From Naegleria gruberi (Eukaryota): a stretch of 64,000 bases of DNA. The notes beneath the pieces are model-generated. The model was not told the origin of the DNA. It made no database searches and worked only from the letters and a program-made list of their open reading frames with translations. Every line of letters starts with the position of its first letter. Within the stretch, counting starts at the first letter, position 1. Position numbers and translations under genes: made by a program. The DNA lies in the NCBI GenBank assembly GCA_000004985.1, contig GG738864.1. The stretch is one strand, 5' to 3'. Shown here one piece after another: positions 1-10,345 of the stretch.

Positions 1-2
1 GT

Positions 3-923
3 GAATTACAGGATTCATTCGAGGCAATGGCTCAGAGACGAAACAAGACTAATTTCTCTTCAAAAGTTTCAGTTTCCGTTTCAGTGCATGGCAAGAAACA
101 AATTTTTATTGTCTTTGTTCGTGATATTTCACCAGAAAAGAAACATAGCTTGCTAATTGCTGAGGAAAAGAAGAAGAGTGAAGATTTATTATTGAATATT
201 TTGCCCGTGTCAATGGCATCAAAATTGAAGAACGGCGAAGAGAATTTATATGAGAAAGTGAATGATATTACTGTTTTCTTTAGTGATATGGTTGGGTTTA
301 CTGCATGGAGTTCGAAATTGCAACCTAGTGAACTCGTTCAAATCCTGAACTCTATTGTTCATGGATTTGACAAGTTGACTGAAATTCACTTTATCGACAA
401 GATTAAAACTATTGGAGATGCTTATTTTTGTGTAAGTGGATTACACTCCTGTAAATCATCCGATCATCCAGAAAGAATGTTAAAATTTGCCATTGAAATC
501 ATGTCCTTTTTAAAGAGTATCAACACATCAAGTCAAACATTAATTAATTTGAGAATTGGTATTCACACAGGTGATGCTGTTGGCGGAGTTATTGGGTTTA
601 AAAAGTTTGCCTACGATCTGTGGGGAGATACCATCAACACTGCCTCTCGTATGGAATCAACATCACTTCCAGGGAGAATTCAAATTTCCAGATCTAGCTA
701 TGGAAGAGTTTATGACCTATTCGAATTTGAAGAAAGATTAATTGAGGTGAAAGGAAAAGGACAATGTCAAACCTATCTACTAAAAGATAAACACCATGAG
801 AATCCAATATCCATGGATCCTGAGATGTTACACGTGGAAGATAATGATCAATTGGAAGTTTCACAAGGACCATTTTGTTCCAGTGATAAAGAGAGCCAGC
901 AACAAGAGGAATTAAAACAGTAA
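3..923 (+). CDS. class III nucleotidyl (adenylyl/guanylyl) cyclase, C-terminal catalytic-domain portion; 5' end lies outside the window
   Basis: The frame is open from position 3 with no upstream stop. Catalytic-domain motifs are present: FFSDMVGFTAWSS (metal-binding Asp), KTIGDAYFCVSG, LRIGIHTGDAVGGVIG and YDLWGDTINTASRMES. The stop is at 921-923. Confidence 0.8.
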   Translation, partial: ELQDSFEAMAQRRNKTNFSSKVSVSVSVHGKKQIFIVFVRDISPEKKHSLLIAEEKKKSEDLLLNILPVSMASKLKNGEENLYEKVNDITVFFSDMVGFTAWSSKLQPSELVQILNSIVHGFDKLTEIHFIDKIKTIGDAYFCVSGLHSCKSSDHPERMLKFAIEIMSFLKSINTSSQTLINLRIGIHTGDAVGGVIGFKKFAYDLWGDTINTASRMESTSLPGRIQISRSSYGRVYDLFEFEERLIEVKGKGQCQTYLLKDKHHENPISMDPEMLHVEDNDQLEVSQGPFCSSDKESQQQEELKQ

Positions 924-1089
924 CTTGATTTTCTTTAACATTGATTCTTCTTCTTAAAGCCATGAATTGATAGATTCAATTCTTCTAAAATAGTTATTTC
1001 TGTCTATCACATGGAATTTGAAAACCAGACTAAAGAAATCAAGCAGAATAAGCTCAACTCCTGTACAATAGTTTATTAAAAGTGTTGTC

Positions 1090-2076
1090 TTAATGTTGCT
1101 TTTTGAAACAACCTTGACAATGTTCACAGTGGCATCTACAGTAACATATTTGTTCTGGCAATTTGAAAGAGCTTGGTGTCTCTTCATGAAGTTTCAATGG
1201 TTCTTCACATATCAACCTCATCAAGTCAAAATTTCGTTGTTGTCTTGTCAAAGTCTCTTCAATGAATGTTTGGAGGTGTGCAATCTTTCCATTCAATTCA
1301 GCAATCTGTTGTTGATGAAGCATTTCAGATAAAAGATGACTGTCTTTCAAGAAATTCATATCAATACTATGCTTCTCAATAGCTTCCATCTTTGCTTCCA
1401 ATTGTGAACACCTTTGTGCTGTATCAGCATCTTGCATTAGTGGAGAATGGGAATCACCAGTTTCTTGATACACCTTTTCTTCTGCCTTCTCTTCTTCAAT
1501 CGATACAATCAAAAGCTTCTTTTCAACTTCGGAACAGTACTCTACTTTATCTTGATCATTCATAATTACTCCATGAGCAGAAACAACATTCGAAAGTTGT
1601 TCTTGTTGATTTGAAGAATTCATCACATCTCTCAATTTCAGCAAGTCGCCACAATCTTGTTCCTTCTTCTTAGCATTGGTTATTGGTTTTATGAGAGCAA
1701 AGAGATCTTTCAACAACTTCTTCCAACTCTTTCCTTGCTTGGCAATTAAACACTCTCCAAAGATTGGCTTCTTTTCAAAATAACAATCAAAGGCAATTCT
1801 CATCTCTTCATCAGTAACTTGATCATTTGTAATTTCCTTCTTGAACTTCTTCCAGAAATGAAGGATAATCCTAAAAGCAACCAATTTGTTACTATTCAAA
1901 ATCTGATGGACAGAGTGCAATATTGTCTTTTCATTCTGCAAGTCAAAATCATTCAATTCCTTCGAGATGAATAACATGTGATGCACAATTTGGAACAATA
2001 GCAATCCAGAGTCCTTATTATATTTGGATTGGATTGTATTTTTCAATAGGATAACATTAGACGTTGTAGGGTTCAT
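1090..2076 (-). CDS. hypothetical coiled-coil protein with C-terminal CxCxCHCExCxxC cysteine motif (family paralog 1)
   Basis: A 328-aa ORF. It is clearly paralogous to ORF 57156..58145 along the whole length: shared N-terminal block IVHHMLFIS, RI(I/V)LHFW..KFKKE, a central coiled coil, and a C-terminal CYCRCHCEHCQGC versus CKCACHCEACKKC. Confidence 0.7.
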   Translation of the reverse strand: MNPTTSNVILLKNTIQSKYNKDSGLLLFQIVHHMLFISKELNDFDLQNEKTILHSVHQILNSNKLVAFRIILHFWKKFKKEITNDQVTDEEMRIAFDCYFEKKPIFGECLIAKQGKSWKKLLKDLFALIKPITNAKKKEQDCGDLLKLRDVMNSSNQQEQLSNVVSAHGVIMNDQDKVEYCSEVEKKLLIVSIEEEKAEEKVYQETGDSHSPLMQDADTAQRCSQLEAKMEAIEKHSIDMNFLKDSHLLSEMLHQQQIAELNGKIAHLQTFIEETLTRQQRNFDLMRLICEEPLKLHEETPSSFKLPEQICYCRCHCEHCQGCFKKQH

Positions 2077-2256
2077 CCTCTTATTCTAATCCGTTTGGTT
2101 CGATCGAGAGAGAGAGAGGTAAGGCTTTTTTTTAAGGTTTTTTTCAAAGAGGAGGGAAAGTGTTCAATATTGAACCTCTCTGAGTGTGGTGATGATCACC
2201 TCCAGTTCAATAAATATGGAGCAGGCAAATTGTTCCTATATGGTAATACTGGTCCA

Positions 2257-3939
2257 ATGGAAGAATGGCTTTCTAATTTGAAAGAGTTAAACTTGAATTC
2301 TGATCAAATTTTGGCACTCGTAATGGAAAAGATTAGAGAGAAAACAAAGCTTGTTGAAGAGATGCAAAACGAAACTCTAAAGAGAACCAAGGAAATTGAA
2401 TGGTTGCACTCTGAGTTGGTAACACAAGACAAGAAGAGAAAGGCTGAAACAGCTCTTAAGAAAGAGCCAGTTGAATCTAAAAAGGTAAAGAAGGAAGCTC
2501 CAAGAGTGAAGGAAATTGCATGTGATGATATGACTACAAGGATTCTTGGATTTCTACCAGGCTTACAAGGTTTTAAGCTATTGTTGGTTTCAAAGCAATT
2601 CTTAAGGGCTGTTGAACAATTGAAATCCTACTATTATTGCGATGGAGATGATGTTACTTCATTTTCCGAATCAATATTCTTCAAACACTTAAATATTGTT
2701 GATATTGTGCCAGAAGGGATGCTAAACTTTGGAGAGATGCTAACAAAAGTAGACGAAATCAAAGAATTAAGATGCAAACCAAAGGGCAAATTTTATGCTT
2801 CTCTGTTTTCAAAAAAGTCAAGAATAGAGAAAATTGTAATTGAGGAGTCTTGTCATAGTGTTGAGCTAGATTCTTTCAATCTCTATAATCTACAAGAACT
2901 TAGTGTTCATTTCCTTGATGTAATCAGTAATATTTCAAAGTTTGTTAATAACACAACTCATTCTTTGAGAGTATTGAAAATTGACGCTGATGAGGGTATT
3001 GGTGGTAGTTTGTCTCCTATTGCTTCATTACCAGAATTAGAAGAACTATGTCTTACAAACATTGAAATTCTTCCCGAAACCAAATTATTTGATATTTTCA
3101 AATGTAAAACATTGAGAAAGTGCCAAATAAGTACCTGTTCTGGCACTGACATGGTTGAAATACCTATGATTAACCTTGAATGTCCAAACTTGGTGTCACT
3201 TAATTTAATATCAAAGTTAATGTTTTGTGATATTGTTTGTAACTTCAAAATGCCAAAGCTTGCAACTCTTAAATTATCAGGGGTTACCAGAAGAGGAGCT
3301 GTTTATCTTTCTAGTAATGAAAGTCTTACAAATCTCTGCAATGTTGAATTTTCTAATCCTAAAGACGAAACCTACCAACTAATGTTCCAGAATCAGAACT
3401 TGATCAGTCTAAAACAGCTCATTCTAAGAGCTCAGCAAGATACTGAAACACTTTCAGGCCTATTATTCCATCTCTCAAAACAAGAATCTCCATTTTCGCT
3501 TGAAAAATTGGTCATTGAGAAAAGAAAACCTTCTCTTGATGGTTTCGATGTATTTTGCTCCTCTGCCAAATTTACAAATCTCACCGAGCTTGTTATTTCT
3601 TTACCTAGCTTCATAAAGCAACTGATGCTCTTGGCTGAATGCAAACACTTTTCAAATTTGAGAAAACTCTATATTGGGAATCATATGGATGTTGGACTAG
3701 AAACTAATGAAATTGAAGAGGTTAAACGTATGGAATTCATTTCTCAATTAAGCAAAAATGAAACCTTCAAAAATCTCAAAAATCTCAAGTACTACATCTC
3801 TGATAACGACATTGTAATTTTAAAGAATTCTTCTGTCATTTCATTAAATGAACTCTGTATTGGTAGAAAAGATTTGCTAACATCATACGGATATAGACAT
3901 CTTTGTGAGTGGGGAATTTCATGGAAAATTTGTCAATAG
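2257..3939 (+). CDS. F-box-like / leucine-rich-repeat protein
   Basis: The ORF is open from 2095, only 18 bp from the divergent gene ending at 2076. The more plausible start is MEEWLSNLKEL at 2257. An F-box-like segment (ILGFLPGLQGFKLLLVSKQFLRAV) is followed by repeated L..L..L.L blocks (LPELEELCLTNIEILPE, LECPNLVSLNLIS, LATLKLSG) typical of LRRs. Confidence 0.6.
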   Translation: MEEWLSNLKELNLNSDQILALVMEKIREKTKLVEEMQNETLKRTKEIEWLHSELVTQDKKRKAETALKKEPVESKKVKKEAPRVKEIACDDMTTRILGFLPGLQGFKLLLVSKQFLRAVEQLKSYYYCDGDDVTSFSESIFFKHLNIVDIVPEGMLNFGEMLTKVDEIKELRCKPKGKFYASLFSKKSRIEKIVIEESCHSVELDSFNLYNLQELSVHFLDVISNISKFVNNTTHSLRVLKIDADEGIGGSLSPIASLPELEELCLTNIEILPETKLFDIFKCKTLRKCQISTCSGTDMVEIPMINLECPNLVSLNLISKLMFCDIVCNFKMPKLATLKLSGVTRRGAVYLSSNESLTNLCNVEFSNPKDETYQLMFQNQNLISLKQLILRAQQDTETLSGLLFHLSKQESPFSLEKLVIEKRKPSLDGFDVFCSSAKFTNLTELVISLPSFIKQLMLLAECKHFSNLRKLYIGNHMDVGLETNEIEEVKRMEFISQLSKNETFKNLKNLKYYISDNDIVILKNSSVISLNELCIGRKDLLTSYGYRHLCEWGISWKICQ

Positions 3940-3981
3940 AAATTATCTAGTCCTTCTCTTTATCATGATCTGCATCAAAAA

Positions 3982-6144
3982 TCATTCATCCTCAATTATT
4001 TCCAAATAAACATTATCTTGAATTTCTTCCTCCTCAAAAATAAATATCAAATCTGTGAGTGATGCATTTCGTTGATATGACAATACTAAACTGGATTGTT
4101 TTTCCAATACACTCTCTTCAATAGCAAACACCTTAAATGTTTGGCTCTTGGTGTCAAAATAAAAACTATCCAAAAAAGAAAATCGACATGCAAATCCGTT
4201 AGCCTTCTCCCTGTATAGATTAGACCCGTCAACATAAAACTTGGTCAAATCGTCATTATATTTTGGTTGGATTTTCAAAAATATAAAAGCAGAAAAACGA
4301 ACAAGAGTCATTAAACACCTATTCATACCATGATCTCTTTTCCTTTTCAAAAAACTATTCGTTGAAAAGAATACATTATGAAAATGTCCAACAATCTCTA
4401 TTAGCGAAGATTTGTTGTAAGTATGATCCCCAGAATTACTCAATCTGCACAACATGGAGGATAAACATTTCCTTAAAAGATAAGGATACATTGAAGACAT
4501 GGATTGGCTGAAGAGCAAATCAAAGAAACGATCTGCCCACTCTTTCAAATGTTCCAGCTCTGTATCTAGAGATGTGACTCCTCTTTGAATTAATTCCTCT
4601 GCTATGGCAATCATCTTCTCAGCAGTTGGATCAAATTTAACTTCTCCATCACTTGAACTGATTAAATAGAGTAAATCTCGAAGAAGTGAATAGGCATACG
4701 TAGACTTGAAACTATTCTTTTTTTCTACAAGGTATTCCAATACTATTTCAAATATGGTCTCTATCAGGTCAAACTTTTGAGCAAGAAAATAAAATGGATT
4801 TGAAAATCGATTTCTCCTTCTCAGAAGGAAAAATCGCAGCAGTAAACAGCTCATGAAAACCATTTCTTCTGAGCATGTTTTCCTCAATTTTTCTTCATAT
4901 TTTGACTTTCCCTGAACAATTTCATCCATAAATTTCAACAAGTCGTTGGCCACTTCAAAATTCTGTATATGGTAGGATAGTAATTGGCTATTATCTTTTG
5001 GAAGAGTATGCAGTGCTCTTAGTTCTTTCAAAAGGAATCTTGTGGTTATATATTTACAATTTGAATCATCTCCATAAAGAGAATCCGGGTCCAATAAATA
5101 ATTGGTGATTTCCTTTGGAAGGTACTTTGAATCATGACAACTCAATGCAGCTGAAACAGTTACCCATTTGTAAATATCCACCACTTGATCAGTATTATGA
5201 GAAACATTCAATTGAATAAAATAAAAACTCTTTAGCAATCGCTCTCTTCCTGGCAGAGAGTTTCCCATCACCTGCAGAGCCATCTGTACACTCTCCATAA
5301 ACTCATTCCACAACAAGTGATGAGGACCAACATTCTTATTAATTAATGTACATAAAAATACTCCGCCCAAGCTCGAAATATCCTCATTCACTGAACTAGT
5401 ATTCCAATATCGTTGTTGTAATTTCATTTCCATATTTTGTGAAACATGCTCAATGAGAAGCAACTCTTTCGAATCCAAACATCCAATGCTCAATGAAAAG
5501 ACAAACAATTCCAATAAAATTCCATTCGCATCTTGCTCCAGTTTCTTATAGATTTGTGCCTTCTTTCCAATATCTGTCTTGCCAGACTTTCTCTCCCTCC
5601 GAGAGAGGAATTGTCTCAATACATGACTCATTATTGCATCCAAATCTTCCACAATTAATATCAAATATCGGGGATCCTTGTTTTCATCAACCTGCAAAGC
5701 CTGTTCAATTAATTCAATTCTAATTTTTTTCCTATTCTTTATACAGGTAAATAGAGAAATACAAATTTCACAAAGTTGCTGAATACATTTACTCTTTTTC
5801 AATGCAGAATTATTATAGGATGAATATGTTGATGTTTTGCTCTTGTTATTTTCATCAGAGTTGGAATTTGAATTTTTCAAAGCCTTCTTTTCAATGATCA
5901 GACGAATATTTTCCAAATGTTGGGAGATTTCCTTATAAAGTGATGATGACAATGATGATTGGTCATGTTGAGTGTTATTGTTGTTATTATTATTTACAAT
6001 ATGATGATCATTGTGATCTTTTAATATTCCGATAAGAGAGGAATTTAAAATTTCCAATTTTTTGAGTGATTGTTTTATGGAAAAATGTTGTTGCTGAGTA
6101 TTGTTCAACATTTTTTTTAAATGTTTAATAAAATCAAATATCAA
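3982..6144 (-). CDS. hypothetical protein, 720 aa, with Asn/Ser-rich tracts
   Basis: A long uninterrupted ORF with poly-N (NNNNNNN) and a Ser/Asn-rich region. I recognise no domain in it. Confidence 0.55.
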   Translation of the reverse strand: MIFDFIKHLKKMLNNTQQQHFSIKQSLKKLEILNSSLIGILKDHNDHHIVNNNNNNNTQHDQSSLSSSLYKEISQHLENIRLIIEKKALKNSNSNSDENNKSKTSTYSSYNNSALKKSKCIQQLCEICISLFTCIKNRKKIRIELIEQALQVDENKDPRYLILIVEDLDAIMSHVLRQFLSRRERKSGKTDIGKKAQIYKKLEQDANGILLELFVFSLSIGCLDSKELLLIEHVSQNMEMKLQQRYWNTSSVNEDISSLGGVFLCTLINKNVGPHHLLWNEFMESVQMALQVMGNSLPGRERLLKSFYFIQLNVSHNTDQVVDIYKWVTVSAALSCHDSKYLPKEITNYLLDPDSLYGDDSNCKYITTRFLLKELRALHTLPKDNSQLLSYHIQNFEVANDLLKFMDEIVQGKSKYEEKLRKTCSEEMVFMSCLLLRFFLLRRRNRFSNPFYFLAQKFDLIETIFEIVLEYLVEKKNSFKSTYAYSLLRDLLYLISSSDGEVKFDPTAEKMIAIAEELIQRGVTSLDTELEHLKEWADRFFDLLFSQSMSSMYPYLLRKCLSSMLCRLSNSGDHTYNKSSLIEIVGHFHNVFFSTNSFLKRKRDHGMNRCLMTLVRFSAFIFLKIQPKYNDDLTKFYVDGSNLYREKANGFACRFSFLDSFYFDTKSQTFKVFAIEESVLEKQSSLVLSYQRNASLTDLIFIFEEEEIQDNVYLEIIEDE

Positions 6145-6441
6145 CTACTGTCTAATAATATTTAATATTCAATATTTAATCTAATAATAAATTAAATATT
6201 ATTAAAAAAAATTACAAAACACATTATTGAGGCAAACTGTCCATCACCATGAAATCTCTTGGCCATTTAAGCACCGTCCAAGAACCCTTAGGTTCACATT
6301 TTCAAGACCCATCTTCCTTCTTTCTCATTTCCAAACTTTACGCATAACGACAATTAATTATTAAATTGGCTCGGATCAGTCACGTAATGACCCATCCATG
6401 CATAATCTAGAAACAAGAAAAAACAAGTCCAGCACATCATT

Positions 6442-8655
6442 ATGCCTTTTCGTTCAAAGAATGTGTTTTTATTGGTGTTTCTGATCATGCTGAGTTGGTA
6501 CCTTCTAGTTGATACATCATTAGGCTCATCCGATTATAATATTAGTTATATAGATTGGAAAACATTGAAGAAAATTGATAGCAGTACTTTATCATCTTCA
6601 TCAATAATAGCAGCCGATAATTTTACGTCATTATTTGTATGGAATGATTTATTTCGGATGGTGCTGCAAAACAATACATTTGATACTATTGGATTGGAAT
6701 GGCTATTTAATTATGATGCCGAATTGAAATTCTTTACATTTGATACTACTCTGACTGTAGAAGTGATGAAGCAAATGATGGAGTTTATTGGAAGGGATGT
6801 AATGAGGAATTCATTCTATTCTCTACCTAAATTGTGGAAATTCAAGCAAATTCTAATGAATAAGAATACAGAATGTATCTATGGGAGTGTTTTTGAAGTA
6901 TTTGACATCATGATTGGAACTAATATTGAATTTGTTGAGAGGATACGGCTGAATAGAAATCATAGACAATTTAAGAAGAAATCTAGTGATTATCTCAACC
7001 CATCTGACTTTTATTCGATACCTCTATTTCCCAATAACTTTTGGATGTTGAATAGTCTAAATGGATTCAATAGCCAATACTATGAATCGATTGTTCAAAA
7101 ATTAGCAGAATCCCTTGCACTCAAATCATCATTCCAAAACTATACATCTTGCACTGATTCCTTAAAACATGATTCGATAGTATTGGAAAGACTTCATGGT
7201 GTAATGAATTTTACATCTACTCAACTAGAATGGTCTCTCAAATTCTCAAATATTTCCTCATCATCAGTTCCTCAAAATTTTACATTTTTACAACAAGCTA
7301 TGGAAGTATTTTACCAAAACAACCAGGATTATTTATTTTGGAACCAATCAAAAGTTCAACAATACTTGTGGACCTCATCATGTTTTCAATGCTCATCAGC
7401 AAATTGTGTTTCAGAGAGATGGGCTTGGGTTGACACTTTGGACATAACAGTTGTCTGTATGGCAGTACTGTACTACTTGGTTTTATTTGCAAGTGGAGCC
7501 TTTAGATCGCCTGTAATTTACAGAAAGTATCCTATTGTATTCTTTTGCCCTTTTATTGTAATGGGAATGTATTCTTCAATGGTGAACTCTTTCAATAATG
7601 GATGCATATCAGTTGGAGTTATTTTTACAGTCTACCTGGCAGCCTTACTGAATGTAATTTACATTTGTACCGTTGTTAGATACTACTATTTGAGAAACCT
7701 TTACAATATTATCAAGAATTCAAAACATCCAAAACTTTTCAAATATCTGTCTAGTGAGCTGGTTGGATTCGTATTCACTGTAATTTTCCCCATTCCAACA
7801 GCCTTTGTAGCCACTATTCCAATTTTCATTATAGTTCAAACCTATAATTCTCTGATAGTCAACACAACTAATAATGTGATTATAGTTTTATTTTGTGCCA
7901 TTTCATGCTTCGCTGGTGTATCCTTCTTTATTTATGAGGCTATTAGAAATAGAAAACTGATTGCCAAGTTTGGTTTGGGTAGATTCTTATTATTTGAAGA
8001 ACCTTATTACTTTAGAATTGATCTACTCGCACTAGGTTTGATGATATTATTGCTGATTTTATTGGCAATATTGTTTCTCGTTTTGCCAAACTCGATTGTG
8101 GCCATTCGCTTTGTTATTGGACTCACATTGTACATGTTAACTGGTGGAACATCTTTACTAATGCTATTTATTGAAAATGTAAGAAATGGAAATGTTGTCA
8201 AGCAAATCTCGTCTGAAACAAAACATTCCAATGCGGAATATATTGAAATAATCAAGAATAACAGTAATAAGGATTTGGTAGAACTTTTTAGGTTATATTC
8301 TGAAAAATCTCTTGCCTTGGAAAATATTTTACTCATGGATGAATTGGTTGGATTTAAGAGAAGATCAGAGAATATCAAAATTGAAGATTTGAAAAAAGTT
8401 CATGAAATGTATCTGACTGCTTACTCTGCTTATGAAGTCAATGTATCTTCAATAGCCAAATCAACTTTTGAAAAGGATTTGAGAGATGCAGAGGCTATTC
8501 AATCCCTCAAAGTTAGAAATGAGGTAGTGGATCAAATCATGAAGGAAGTGGAAATGAATCTAATATCAACATTTTCCAGATTCACAAGAACTAACGAGTT
8601 TAGACAATGGAGGGAAATTTACCAATTGCAAAAGGATCGAGTAGCTGTTATATAG
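6442..8655 (+). CDS. seven-transmembrane receptor-like protein with C-terminal RGS domain (7TM-RGS)
   Basis: There is an N-terminal signal peptide (MPFRSKNVFLLVFLIMLSWYLLVDTSLG) and a roughly 330-aa N-glycosylation-rich ectodomain. Seven hydrophobic helices follow (VVCMAVLYYLVLFASGAF ... FVIGLTLYMLTGGTSLLMLFI). The cytoplasmic tail matches the RGS box: LVELFRLYSEKSLALENILLMDELVGFKRR ... KKVHEMYLTAYSAYEVN ... ISTFSRFTRTNEFRQW (compare RGS4 [25 protein letters not shown]). Confidence 0.75.
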   Translation: MPFRSKNVFLLVFLIMLSWYLLVDTSLGSSDYNISYIDWKTLKKIDSSTLSSSSIIAADNFTSLFVWNDLFRMVLQNNTFDTIGLEWLFNYDAELKFFTFDTTLTVEVMKQMMEFIGRDVMRNSFYSLPKLWKFKQILMNKNTECIYGSVFEVFDIMIGTNIEFVERIRLNRNHRQFKKKSSDYLNPSDFYSIPLFPNNFWMLNSLNGFNSQYYESIVQKLAESLALKSSFQNYTSCTDSLKHDSIVLERLHGVMNFTSTQLEWSLKFSNISSSSVPQNFTFLQQAMEVFYQNNQDYLFWNQSKVQQYLWTSSCFQCSSANCVSERWAWVDTLDITVVCMAVLYYLVLFASGAFRSPVIYRKYPIVFFCPFIVMGMYSSMVNSFNNGCISVGVIFTVYLAALLNVIYICTVVRYYYLRNLYNIIKNSKHPKLFKYLSSELVGFVFTVIFPIPTAFVATIPIFIIVQTYNSLIVNTTNNVIIVLFCAISCFAGVSFFIYEAIRNRKLIAKFGLGRFLLFEEPYYFRIDLLALGLMILLLILLAILFLVLPNSIVAIRFVIGLTLYMLTGGTSLLMLFIENVRNGNVVKQISSETKHSNAEYIEIIKNNSNKDLVELFRLYSEKSLALENILLMDELVGFKRRSENIKIEDLKKVHEMYLTAYSAYEVNVSSIAKSTFEKDLRDAEAIQSLKVRNEVVDQIMKEVEMNLISTFSRFTRTNEFRQWREIYQLQKDRVAVI

Positions 8656-8697
8656 TTCTATATCCATAGATGTAGTTCAAATAGACATTACTACCTA

Positions 8698-9864
8698 TTA
8701 CTTTTCTATTTTTTGGAAAGAAATCAAATCCATCAAGTCATCTTTGTAAACGCTTTTGAGAGAGTCAAAGTTTTTCAAATTACCAAATAAAGAGTTTGGT
8801 AAATCGTCGTTGAAAAACATTTCCAGTGAAGAAGTAATGAAGAGTTTCAAACTAGAATTTGATAAGTGGATATTGGCAATGGCAATACATTTGAATTTTT
8901 CCGCTTGATCACTATTTGGAGTGTACTCTCTGTAAATGCATGTATTTTTGAGCTTTTTCAAAGATTGAATAATAAATCCCTGAATGCAACTCTTTTCGTA
9001 AAGTTCCATCTCTTTTGATGATGAAACAGAGAGTGATAAATTCTGAATATTTTCTAATGAAATATCGAGAGAGGTACTTGTTGTTTCCTTATTGGAATTT
9101 TCAAACATGCTAACACATTGATGAATTTGTTCCAATAATTTGGAAGAATTTGGAAAGAGAATGGTGTTGGTTTCTATTGTTGTTGTACTTGTACTAGTAG
9201 TTGCAGTCGTGTTGTTACCACCACTAGTTGTAGTAGTTCCACTAGATTCATTCTCAGTTTTAACAGTATACTTTACGAATTTTCTCCTCCTTTCATAAAT
9301 ATGATCTGATTCACTTTTCCAAATAATTTCAGAAAAATCCAAATCAACAATGGCTCTAAACATTGTTGGATCAATTTCCTCATTCATTGAATTACTATTA
9401 AAAAAGTCCAAGAACCACGTCTTTTCCAACAAGTACTTTAATCTAAAAAGTTTAACATCCAAACTATTAGAAACCAATGCCTCATCCAAACCTTCAAGTT
9501 CATGCAAGCCTCTCTTGCTCAGCAAGGATTTTTCATAGACTTGTTCCGACATTAACTTGATAAAGGCAGCCAACTCAGTCTCATTTAAAATCCTCACAGC
9601 ACTCTCTGAAATAATTATCTGATGAGAATGCATTGGAGGACATCTCTTGTTCAAACAAATGGCAATTAAATCCCGATGAACAAAATATTCCTCTCCTAAT
9701 TTAATAATAATTAATTGATTAAAAAGACAATCCTCCAACTTGTATGAATTTTTGTGTGATGGAGCAGAAGGAGGTAGAATTGAATTGATTGACGCTTCTT
9801 CTTGTTCTTCTGTTTCGCAGCTTTCATCTTGAATAATTTTTCGCTTGAATCGATTTGGCGGCAT
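8698..9864 (-). CDS. hypothetical protein, 388 aa, with Thr/Ser-rich tract
   Basis: A long ORF with a TTTSGGNNTTATTSTSTTT low-complexity stretch. I recognise no domain. Confidence 0.5.
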   Translation of the reverse strand: MPPNRFKRKIIQDESCETEEQEEASINSILPPSAPSHKNSYKLEDCLFNQLIIIKLGEEYFVHRDLIAICLNKRCPPMHSHQIIISESAVRILNETELAAFIKLMSEQVYEKSLLSKRGLHELEGLDEALVSNSLDVKLFRLKYLLEKTWFLDFFNSNSMNEEIDPTMFRAIVDLDFSEIIWKSESDHIYERRRKFVKYTVKTENESSGTTTTSGGNNTTATTSTSTTTIETNTILFPNSSKLLEQIHQCVSMFENSNKETTSTSLDISLENIQNLSLSVSSSKEMELYEKSCIQGFIIQSLKKLKNTCIYREYTPNSDQAEKFKCIAIANIHLSNSSLKLFITSSLEMFFNDDLPNSLFGNLKNFDSLKSVYKDDLMDLISFQKIEK

Positions 9865-10345
9865 TTTTTAAAATTTAAAAATTAAATTTTCTCAAAGGTG
9901 TTTTCATTTCAGATCTGAAATCCATTGTTCTTTTTGAGATATTTGGGATAATAATTTTATTAAGGTTTATTTTGAAGAATTTAAAAAAATAAGGCGATTT
10001 GGAAAAAGTTCATCACCTGCCACCTTTCAAACTGACATTTCACATTTTTCACACCTTGACACCCATAATCTCAAAACCACCTCAAACCACAATTCCACAC
10101 ATTGTATACTTCAAAAAACATCCTTAAAGAACCTTCATCTCACTTCTCCTAAATTTTTTACTTTTCACTTTAAATTTCACAAGTCAACTTGTCACACGAC
10201 AATTTTGGAGTGACCTGACAGCGAAGAGAGCACTTTCATCATCTAAAAAAAAACTCTCGAAACCGCTACTTTATAACCTCCTCCACACCAGAAGAAGGTA
10301 AAAAAAAAACGGAATCGCCATCATACAACTACAATAACTATAACA

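Noticed and set aside
2088-2112. tRNA-like GGTTCGA T-loop-like string (ccgtttggttcgatcgagag)
   Set aside because: No acceptor stem or anticodon arm can be built around it. GGTTCGATC is not followed by the ATCC or TCC context of a T-arm. It overlaps a promoter or 5' region and is most likely a coincidence.
6370-6395. Palindromic GTCACGTAATGAC motif upstream of the 7TM-RGS gene as a possible bZIP/CRE-like site
   Set aside because: It is a single occurrence and an imperfect palindrome, with no second copy elsewhere in the window. I cannot distinguish it from chance.
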